DNA of 63,760 nt, counting the filler, from Choristocarpus tenellus KU-1152 (taxonomy: Eukaryota > Protista > Phaeophyceae), in NCBI GenBank assembly GCA_964200185.2. It is 10 parts of 10 records of this genome, joined end to end, with 100 filler letters (N's around TTAATTAATTAA, not from the genome) between each part and the next. Parts side by side here need not be neighbours in the genome. Positions count along the whole stretch, not along the records: positions 45,791 to 50,377 come from CAXNAD020013893.1; positions 50,478 to 54,157 come from CAXNAD020018552.1; positions 54,258 to 58,052 come from CAXNAD020017877.1; positions 58,153 to 61,123 come from CAXNAD020023263.1; 6 more parts are not named here. The stretch is one strand, 5' to 3'. The notes beneath the pieces are model-generated. The model made no database searches and was not told where the DNA came from. It saw only the letters and a program-made list of their open reading frames with translations. Positions within the stretch are counted from its first letter, which is position 1. Every line of letters starts with the position of its first letter. Positions 49,714 through 59,411 of this stretch are shown here, in pieces. The translations under genes and the position numbers were made by a program.

Positions 49714-50330
49714 CATATACATATATATACATACACATACATACATACATATACATACATATACATACATATATACATATACATACACATACATACATAC
49801 ATATACATACACATACATATATACACATACATACATACACAAATACACACATAGATACACATATATACACACACATACATACATACATACACACACACAT
49901 AAACATACACATACACACAATTTAAAAAAAAAATGTAAGCAAAATTAAAAAAATTATCATCCAGATAACAACAAAAAAAAATCCTGTACTATGCACCACC
50001 CCGCTTTGATAGAAAATAAATAAATATATATATACACGTAACACTGTAGTAGTATCATTGGTAATCATTTTTTGCTTTTTAATAAAAAAAAAAGCAAATG
50101 CATACAATGTTCTCCCCACCCACTAAAAACAGGGTTTGCTAGGGGGGGAGGGTGGCGGTGAAAATAGCCTGTATACATACGCTCACCTTGTCGATCATGA
50201 CCTTGGGATCTGGGAAAAGTCTCTTGTCCCAAGTGAAGTACCTCTTCCCATCAGTGTGCTCAATGTCCAGCCAAATCACATCGTAAGGAAAATCTCTGTC
50301 TTCAAACCCGGCATCCACCGCCAAAACGTC
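46331..50330 (-). CDS. GANAB: Glucosidase II alpha subunit (GH31), internal fragment including the catalytic nucleophile motif
   Basis: Exons 50187-50330, 48360-48482, 47626-47723, 46331-46403: [48 protein letters not shown]|[25 protein letters not shown]|[28 protein letters not shown]|[24 protein letters not shown]. The [16 protein letters not shown] and [14 protein letters not shown] motifs are diagnostic. Confidence 0.95.
47112..47206. repeat. 4 x 22-bp tandem repeat
   Basis: CAATAAACTACAATATGTATGT units; intronic. Confidence 0.95.
48954..49127. repeat. ~4.7 x 37-bp tandem repeat
   Basis: ATCACTATAAAAACTATCAATGATCCTATAATCTATA head-to-tail, with no spacers. Confidence 0.95.
49672..49918. 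repeat. Compound (CATA/TA/CA)n microsatellite
   Basis: Read directly; it is the source of several spurious ORF calls. Confidence 0.95.
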
Positions 50331-50341
50331 CTGAAATCCCC

Positions 50342-50377
<36 letters not shown>

Positions 50378-50477
50378 NNNNNNNNNNNNNNNNNNNNNNN
50401 NNNNNNNNNNNNNNNNNNNNNTTAATTAATTAANNNNNNNNNNNNNNNNNNNNNNNNNNNNNNNNNNNNNNNNNNNN
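50378..50477. other. Artificial contig linker
   Basis: N44-TTAATTAATTAA-N44. Confidence 0.98.
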
Positions 50478-50551
50478 GGTTCCCCACGCGCGTATACTGC
50501 TCGCGCCAGTAAAAGCGCGGGAAGAAATACTCGCGCTACTCGCCTGTAACA
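50478..50551. mobile_element. LTR terminus (..CCTGTAACA) of a probable LTR retrotransposon
   Basis: 65/74 identical to 57225-57298. Similarity stops right after TGTAACA, a typical LTR end. Confidence 0.7.
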
Positions 50552-50556
50552 TATAT

Positions 50557-50615
50557 ATAGTTTTCATTGGTTTTCCCCCTGAAACATCTGCAAAATGTCA
50601 GAGGGCATAATAATA
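50557..50615. repeat. Family H hairpin element, inverted copy
   Basis: ATAGTTTTCATTGGTTTTCCCCCTGAAACATCTGCAAAATGTCAGAGGGCATAATAATA is the near-exact reverse complement of 28721-28778. Confidence 0.9.
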
Positions 50616-50832
50616 AATATATACAAGAAAAGTATCAGTCCTGGAAAATGTGAAAGATTACTTTGATATGTTGCAGGTACTTTTTTTTAATGGAATAGTA
50701 GTAGGTGTTGATCTTGTACATATGTGCTGTATCCTGGTGTTAGTGTTGTTGGATGTCAGATATCAAACTCTGCGAGGGACATAACACAAGTGATTCAATG
50801 AGCCAGAGGTTCCTGTGACGCAAAAGGACGCA

Positions 50833-53682
50833 ATGAAAGCTGCTGGAGCACGACGACGTTATGTACCCATTGGGGAACACTTTCGTGATGGCAAGCCAGG
50901 CTTTCGAGGAGGAGAAAAATTGGAAGAGGTGGTCAATTCGAGGAGTTGGAGAACGTCACTCACCTTTTCCGGCTTACATGTTGGTCCGATGGAGTGTGGT
51001 GGTATGCTAAGATTCTGCGTTGCGAGCTCCGAAGCTTAGCCATCCTTGTCTTTTCCCATTTTCCCATGCATAACCCCTCCTGGTCTAACCACCCCCTGAT
51101 AGGGACGGCGATCTTCAGGATTCCACCTGCATTGGATCGTTTTGTTTCTTTTAGGTATGGCGTGCGTGGGAGTCCTTCTCTGGATTTTATCAGATGGGAC
51201 TGCCTCTGTGCAAGCAGATGTGCATAGGGGTTGGAAGAGTGGTCAGTTGTTTGATGATTACGAAGGAGATGGTGTTCGAAAGGTGAGAAAGACAATGGAG
51301 AGTCATAAAGTCTTCAGGGTTAAGAGTGCACACCAACTGGCTGTGAGTGTGTCATTAGCATCTGTGGTTCGTTGGTATGGTATTCGGGTAATATGTAAAT
51401 CGTGTCGTTGTCACTACTCGAAATAGGCTAGCCACATCTACGTGATTTGACATAGCACAATGGTTCCTGTCACATATCCACCATAAGCTGTTCTTGATGA
51501 TTCTCTGAGCCGGTGAAAACCTCCCTTCAGCCTCCTACTACCACACATTCCCCGTTACTAATCATTGTCATGTGTGCCTAGAAAGGTTACGAGTCCACGA
51601 CTGCAAGGACCACAACTACAAACTATCTATCCCGAGACCAGCGAAGAACCAGAACAACCGAAAATTGACGGGCATTCTACTGTAAAAAGAGCGCAGGACC
51701 AAGAAAAAGGGATTGGGTTGGGATCTCCGATGATGGGTGGGAGAAACTTTGCCGCAGAATCAGTGACGGGGGTGGAAACTGGAACGGTAGTTGGGGAAAA
51801 GGTGGGGTTGAGGGCAGGGAAAGTCAGGCGATATTTTAAAGAGGAGGATGTGTTAGCTGTCTCGGAGGCATTGGCACGATACGCAGAGTATGCCACAGGA
51901 GTGCTGGAAAAGGACGCCAGGGCTGTAGAGAGGGGAATTCCTCTTGAGGTTTGTACCAAAATTGGAGGAAATGTGGTTTTTGTATCGCCCTTGTGAGGAG
52001 AGGATCGTTGGGTGTGGGGGGATATATGTGCAGTGAATGTGAATGTGCATATTGACTTATGTAATTTTAGGGTACAAGTTCCTCTCTGGGTGGTGTCCCA
52101 GGCCTTGCAGTGGTTTATCCCAGCCTTTCCTGAGCTTAGTCAATGTCAGAGTGTGTGGTGCTCCCTCTGTGAGCCAGCATGTGAAGGAGAAATATGATTT
52201 TTTCAAATAGGTGGAACATCATTGCAATGTAAATAGTGGTATCTAGTTCTCAACTGCATGCACTCTTCCTAGTCTGTGTATTGCTTCGCTCAGCAGTGCA
52301 ATGTGATGTAACTGGACAGAGTCGTTTTTTAGGGTACTCCCTTTCCAAAGGAATCAAGAATATTAGGTGTTGGGCACCCAATTCTCCACTTGTTGTATTC
52401 ATATAGGATAATCCCTCACTTCAAGGGCACTAAGGCAATGGCAATGGTTATTCTGGTTGCCACAAAGTAGCATTTTACAACGAACACTATCATAATTCCT
52501 GCTTTAAATAGGTACTCTATTCTAATCAAGACCATGCCCCACAGCAGGATGTGATGCTTGTTTTGTATCACAGCTGCTAGTCATGCCTCTTCGTAAGCAG
52601 TGGACACTCAAGCATGAGGGTGGACAAGAATAGGGGGGAGATATTTTAGTGCCTTACATCATGCCACCTTTTTCAAACTAGGATGATGATGCAGTAGTTA
52701 CCAATGGGGGTGCTAAGGGCAGGCAGACAGGATAGGCGCTTTGAAAGATAGAATGGTCATGTCTGGGACCCTGTATGAACCCTTGTGGCATGTGCTACAG
52801 TGTGTAGAATATCTAGGGCTGCATAAATGCTTCTGGGACATCTCTGGGAAGGATGCTTCAGATTGCCTTACAGCTAGACTTTTTTTTTTTCGCTTTGCTC
52901 GAGTGAGGTTCTGGGCACAGAATTTTCTGTGTTGATTTTTTTTTTCATTGTGTTGGCTGTGGTGTCATCTATGACAGTTTGGGTCAAGAAGAGAGCAGTG
53001 CACACAAGGGCTTTTGATCGCAAAGAAAATCTCTGGGAGGACTTTTGTGAGCATTTTTTTTTTATCTAGGCAGATGGTTGCATGCAGCAATGAATTTACT
53101 TTATACTGATTTTTTTTTGTGTGTTTTCGCCGCAGATTGTTTTGATGTAGAGGGACATACAGCAGTAGTCCATAAGGGCTGTTATTATTTATTATTTGTG
53201 GTGTGCTGTAAACATTGTCGTCATTAGCACGCGAGATATCAGGCATATCAATGCTTTCTTGTTGAATACTTTGTCGAAATGCTTGTGCAAGCTTAATACT
53301 GTCAAACTATACCCCTGTGGCTCAAGGTCTTCTACTTTCGACACAGGAAGCTTCTCAACATTTCTACCATCCAAGCCGATCCCCTCATCTGCCCTCCCCC
53401 CATCTGCCCTCCCACTCCCATCCCATCCACATTTGTCATTTGAACATGACTATTGCCGCTTGAAAATCGTTCGTCGGGCAAATGTCTAAAAATATCAAAC
53501 AACTGAAGGGGAGGTACATTGTGCTTGAGACACAAAATGAGCTTGTTAATCGCCTACGAGGTGTGATTGGGGGCCTCCTACTGGGCATCTTGACAGACAG
53601 GGTGTTCCTGGCAGATATTACTTACCAAAAGGATGGGACAAAGGGATTGTTACACCGTCTGTTTGAAGGTCCTGGTTATGAG
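50833..53682 (+). CDS. GT37 (xyloglucan fucosyltransferase)-like glycosyltransferase, 5' part
   Basis: Exons 50833-51001, 51155-51282, 51586-51948, 53509-53682 are in phase. They give a basic N-terminal tail, a hydrophobic segment (GMACVGVLLWIL), a stem, then GRYIVLETQNELVNRLRGVIGGLLLGILTDRVFLAD..LHRLFEGP. This matches the YxV..GLGNR..ALLTDRVLLVD..LFxEP block of GT37/GT23-type fucosyltransferases. Confidence 0.7.
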
Positions 53683-54157
53683 GTGAGAGCCAGGGAAGGG
53701 GGGGGGTGGGGTCCTAGTTGGTTTTGGTGGAATATTGCTTCTTTCTCAGAGTGATGTCATATATGTCACTGTGCTGTCACAAGGTGTACAGTTTGTTGCT
53801 GCTTTTGATGTTTGTAGTGTTAATTGAGCAAAATTTCCAGGCGACAGTGAAGGAACTTATCCTGTCCTAGTGGCTTGTGGGGTTCCATCTGTGCTTGCTG
53901 ACCTTTGCAACAGCATTCGTAATCATGATGCTTTGCTTGAGTAAGGAGAGAGGGAGGTGTATGTGTCACAATATGGTGGAGTGCCTGCAGCATGGTCTAC
54001 ATTGCAAAATGCGATTGGGAAATGGAGTGTACTACTGCAATTTTCACCGAGATGTACATGAGGCACGCAAAAGGCTGTTTATCTGACCTTGCTCATTTTG
54101 GGTGATTGTTCCTCTCATTCTGCAAGTGCTTAGGAGGGTCATGAGGTCATCTCCCCC

Positions 54158-54257
54158 NNNNNNNNNNNNNNNNNNNNNNNNNNNNNNNNNNNNNNNNNNN
54201 NTTAATTAATTAANNNNNNNNNNNNNNNNNNNNNNNNNNNNNNNNNNNNNNNNNNNN
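54158..54257. other. Artificial contig linker
   Basis: N44-TTAATTAATTAA-N44. Confidence 0.98.
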
Positions 54258-54299
54258 GTGAAAAACGGACGCCGACACCCCCCCCCAGATACTTTTACC
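54258..54299. mobile_element. MITE family A terminal fragment
   Basis: CCCCCCCCCAGATACTTT matches the family A TIR. Confidence 0.6.
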
Positions 54300-54888
54300 C
54301 TGATCCTATATACTTCTATCTACTGTTACCGATGTGATGATGAGTTGAGGTGCAGAATAAACAATGGATAATAACAACCAGTGCATTGAACCAATCAACA
54401 ATCAGTACGAGCTGGCAGTTTTGTATCATATCAAGAAGAAAAAAAGGAGTAGCCTATGTTTTTACAGACCATATTGCCCCTTGTAACGCCATACAAGCCC
54501 CATGCATTCACCCCGTGCGATCTAGTTGTCATACTTCTTCCGATGACGGAAGACGGTGATTCGAATAATTCCGAGGTCCTCCACGATGGCAAATATCGTC
54601 CCCGAGGCATCCAACTCTCACGTCCTCTCGCCTCCAGGCATCACGCTATCATGCGGCTCTTTGTCGGGTGTTTGATCCTGACCCCGGACAGACTTCTAGT
54701 CCGAAGAATTGGGACTGACTGACAACGAGGGGATGAGCGAGGCCCTTAAACGAAGGGGGGTCTTCGTCCTAGGCATCCCAATAAGCATTCGTTTTGAGAG
54801 TTTCATGAGGTTTCGGAACCCCGTCAAATGCGACTTAGTCGACTTTGCACTGGTGATCCTCCACGGTCATGGCAGCCTACCATCTCAA

Positions 54889-55068
54889 GACCCAAAGTAT
54901 CTGGGAGGGGGGTGGTGGTCTACACCAGGGTGTTCATTTGGGTCAAAATCAGGAAAAGTGCATTTGCAGTAACCATCCAACGTATGCAACCAAGTCACCC
55001 AAAAATCGCGACATGAAAAAATTGACCCCAAATGGACAACCGCCATCCCCTCCCAGATACTTTGAGCC
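54889..55068 (+). mobile_element. MITE family A
   Basis: TIRs GACCCAAAGTATCTGGGAGGGG ... CCCCTCCCAGATACTTTGAGCC, flanked by TCAA on both sides. Confidence 0.9.
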
Positions 55069-56328
55069 TCAAACTTTGCACGCCTCCCAATATACATGAG
55101 AATAACTAAGCCTCGTCCATAGAATTTATCATGTGGATTATTCCCAGGCGAGGACGGAGCTTGCAATGGGTATTATATAATAGATTTAAATACGAACGGA
55201 AGAAGTAGTGTTCAATATCCTCGTCTGATTCTGGCTGTGTTTTTCGAGCCATGGAGTACATGTAAATGTAGGTTTCACGTCCCTAAGGATGGCACATTGG
55301 GGTACAGTGTGTGAGGAGTGGTGGTGTGTTTGAAGGGTTCTGTGGTTGACATGTTTAAAAAGGGTATATGGTTGTGACCTTGTTTATGCAGCACTAATTT
55401 ATCTAGCCATTGTCGTACACCCTGAGAATTCAAGGAGGTTGAGCATGTAATCCGTTGTCTTGAAATAGGCTTTTGTGATGAGCAGACTCGGGCGCCTGAC
55501 ACCCTCACCCTCCACCATGGCAATAAGTTCCTGTGTTAAGTTCAGGATATGGTGAATACATAGGGTGTGGAGGGTGAGGCATCGTAATGATTTCTTCCTG
55601 TGACATGTAGGAATAGTAATTTAGGATGTGAGCGCTGACATCCAATTTCTCCACGCATTGTGTACCTTGCTACTAGGTACACTGGTTAGAAAACCTTCCG
55701 TGATGCACTCGAGGCTCTCAAGTGCTGGGAGCATTGATCTGTAGACACAGCATGGAGGGTTTTTTATGTTAAAGTATTCTCCCAAATCATCAAAGAGGAT
55801 GAAGGTGATAAACCCAGCGAGATGCTTGGTGTCTGTGGAGCGATTGATTAAAGTTAAGTGGGGCATGCAGCACACCATAAAATCATAAATTTCCTTTTAT
55901 ATGATAATTTTTCTCATACAACTAATCACTAGTTAAAAGGTTATGATAACTCAGCCACTACTAATTGATTGTTCCTTTACTCCGTACATATTTTATCGTA
56001 ACTGTCCGATAGAGTTGGACGAGTCTAATCGAACATTCTAACATAGCTGGGGCGTTTTTACATTATTTGATGTTTGGAGCATATGTGGTTCTTGACAGGA
56101 CCTATGCTCACTCCTTGAACAAATAACAGAGCTGTAAGCCCCAACGTGAGGTGGGGCCCTTACAAGCCATCATAGATCAGTTTCCTGTGTCTGAACTGTC
56201 TGTAATTCAATTGATTTCTCGAGACATGACGATAGGATCGAGCGCGGCACTAGCTGGGGAAGGCCAACATGTGATCGTGGGAGCTTGCTGGAGCTTGGAT
56301 TACACACAACCGGGAAGAAACTAGCAGA

Positions 56329-57298
56329 GTGACTAGAATTGAAAAGGGGTACACAATGTTGAGGAATGACGGAGATGGACCTGGCGCAGCCTGGGGGGGC
56401 TTGCGTGAGACCAATTGGTCTAAGCTGCAGATTGCGCAGCATATTTTACCTCCATGGGTGAGGAAGTTTCTGAAAGCTCAAAGGGAATACGAGATGAGCA
56501 TTAGGGTGCTGCACTAAAAAGGAGGTTTGCAAATTGCACTTATGATGCTGTCTAAGTTCTTAGCCGTTGCTTGTAAGTATGTAGCATGGGGTCCTGAGCT
56601 TAAGAAGGATCCAAACCAGATCTTTGAGCCGCAAAAGGAAGAAGTCGAAAAATGGAGGACATATGAGAGGGACCAGGCATACAAAACGAGACGAATCAAG
56701 CAAGGCGAACCTGGTGGTAAACACCAAGAGGGGAAGCCTAAGTTTGGGGAAAGGATAGGTAAGCGAGAGGCAGAGGCACATCTAGTACAGGATTAAGTGT
56801 GAAGAAAAGGGCAAGTGTTACAGGCATGCTCCAGAAGCCTACCTCCACAGGATGTGTAGCTCCAATCCACAGATTTATAGATGACGCCGATGCTCGTACA
56901 AGGCTGCCAAGATAACTCCGACAGTCAAAGGAGACCAATCCATAGGTTATAGAACGTCAGCTCAGCAGAACAGGGGTACTCTCTTAATTAATCAATCAGC
57001 ATATGAAATGTTTATTGGTTTCAAAAAGGGTGATCCTGTGTGTGGTATCTGAATCCTTTGGGAACTGAGCTATTTGGAGCCGTTTTTAGGATCTCTTGAC
57101 ATCATTTATCGTTACGGTTTCTTTGGTTTACAGACGTTGGAATAAATCTGAGAACCCTTGCGACCTTCCCAAGTTACAGATTCTATTCTGCAACGTTTTA
57201 GCAAATCAGAGTTCCCCATTTTGGGGTTCCCCACACATGTAAACTGCTTGCGCCAGTTAAAACGCGGGAAGAAACACTCGTGCTACTCGCCTGTAACA
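56329..57298 (+). mobile_element. Decayed LTR-element remnant: broken charged ORF (possibly gag-like) followed by an LTR end
   Basis: ORF pieces 56329-56517 and 56527-56796 are in the same frame, separated by one stop. The LTR end at 57225-57298 is shared with 50478. The gag identity is inference only. Confidence 0.45.
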
Positions 57299-57852
57299 CA
57301 AGTTCCAAGGGACTTGTGATGCAAGTGGGAAAGTTGAACATAAACATCCTCAATGCCGAAGCTTGCGGGTTGGAGTTCGGAAAGAGCAGTAGCATCAGCA
57401 GCAAGGGCACCCACAACAACGTCGTAGAGGTGTAAATACCGACCCTGGGAGAGGATCTGGGCAAGGGCAAAGTGTTGAAACCTAAATCGAATGCATCTTA
57501 CATGTAAATAAAATGCGTAGACTACTAGCGATGAGGAAATCATGGCGTTGCAAAGCATCGATGAGTAAAATGTGTGGTCTGTGTTATGGATAGATGTGAA
57601 TTGTGCTGCAAAGCACCGATTAATTTATTATGTTGTCACCGAGGTCAACGATCTCTCACTCAAGAATTATGTGATGTGAATTCAGTGCTCTTTCATGAAA
57701 TGCTCAGCGAAAGAAGTCCATGCTCTGTGGAGAGGCTTGTCACCTTGGCTGGCAAGGGTTTCCACGGATAGTTTTAACTCTGATTATATTACATCCAGGT
57801 GTACGCTTGGTACACTTTTTGCAGAGTGAGCTTGTTGCATTGTGAGAGACGA

Positions 57853-58010
57853 GGGTCAAAGTATCTGAAGGGGGGTGACGGCTGTCCATTTGGAGTCAAT
57901 TTTTTCATGTCGCGTTTTTTTGGTGATTTGGTTGCGTACATCCAATGGATGATGTAAGTGCACTTTTCCTTATTTTGACCCAAATGGACCCCTAGGTGTG
58001 GACCCCCTCC
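57853..58010 (-). mobile_element. MITE family A, one end degraded
   Basis: GGGTCAAAGTATCTGAAGGGGGG..GCTGTCCATTTGGAGTCAATTTTTTCATGTCGCG.. is colinear with the copy at 18664. Confidence 0.85.
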
Positions 58011-58052
58011 TCTCTTTTCCTTCTTCCTCCGCTTTAACCTCCTTTCGTTAGG

Positions 58053-58152
58053 NNNNNNNNNNNNNNNNNNNNNNNNNNNNNNNNNNNNNNNNNNNNTTAA
58101 TTAATTAANNNNNNNNNNNNNNNNNNNNNNNNNNNNNNNNNNNNNNNNNNNN
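58053..58152. other. Artificial contig linker
   Basis: N44-TTAATTAATTAA-N44. Confidence 0.98.
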
Positions 58153-59223
58153 GGGGGGTTGTATAGTGAACAGGGGGCTACTGATATGTATGTACCTCGA
58201 TGTGATCTCTGCTCAAGGGGGGCTGGCTGGTTTGGTTTGGTTTGGTTTGGTGCTGTGTTGAGAAGGCTTTGAACTTGGCTGGTGGTGTTGATTTTGTCTT
58301 GGAGGCTTTTGTTTCATGGCATGTTGGGTTTGGGGTTCCTAGGGTTGAGGTAAGGCGTGCCCCCCCTTGTGTTATAGAGTGGAAGATGAGTTGTGCGTGC
58401 AGCGCGTCTGACGCACGATTATTTTGTTGGAAGGACAGGTGTCATGTGTCTTGCGTTGTTGGATCTGGTGGGGCTTGTGCATCCGAGTGTTTGACCCCTG
58501 TCCATGCCTCACCAAAGAGTTCGGTGTGTGCATTGTTTTTTTTTTCTTTCTTGAGCTTGCTCGTGGTGGTGAAGTTTGTTTTTTAGGGTTAGGGTTGTTC
58601 CGTTTTACTCTTTCGACACTTTCCGCCTCCCTCCCCCCTCCTCCCCTCCTCACCAGACTGTAAAGTAGGGGCGTAGTGTGTCAACTTGGTTGTTGACCAG
58701 CAGAGCTGTATCCTTAGGGTGTATGAAGTCTTAGCAGGGGCATGCGAGACATAGGGCAAGCCTGGGGGGAGCTGTGGGAAGGGCAATGGAGGGGAGGGAA
58801 GAGGAAGATCATAGATGGCCAGGTGCTGTTGTTGCTGCAGATAGATGCCAGAATTTTTTTTTCCTTTTAGGGAAATAGGATCAGTTATAAGTGGGGCGAT
58901 GTTGAAGATATATTAGGATGCTTTTTTTTTTAGTTCTTACGAGGAATGTTTTTTTCACTGAAAAAAAAGTTCACCACTGTTTTATTTGGTTTCAAGGGCT
59001 AATGAATTATCGTTCTTTTTGGACACTTTCCCTGACACGTGTGTGTGTGTGTGTGTTGTTGTGTTGTTGGTAGAGTGTGGAAAGGGGGCAACATGATTAT
59101 TTCAGTCAGTTGAGGACATGCCTGTTTCTTCCTTGTTTGGTTGAGTGGAGAACGTGGTGTGGAGATTTGTCTTGATATAATGTGTATTTTTTATTTTGGG
59201 GTTTTGTGTTGGATGGGTTGGGG

Positions 59224-59257
<34 letters not shown>

Positions 59258-59359
59258 GGGGGGGTTTTTTTGTGGGGGGGGGGGGGAGATCAACCGAGGA
59301 AAGCCCGCCCCCCCAGACACCANNNNNNNNNNTGGTTGGTTTGTTTGGGGTTGTGGGGT

Positions 59360-59411
<52 letters not shown>

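Noticed and set aside
49593-49948. Cys/Val/Tyr/Met-rich and Thr/His/Tyr-rich ORFs
   Set aside because: These are translations of a compound microsatellite within a GANAB intron.
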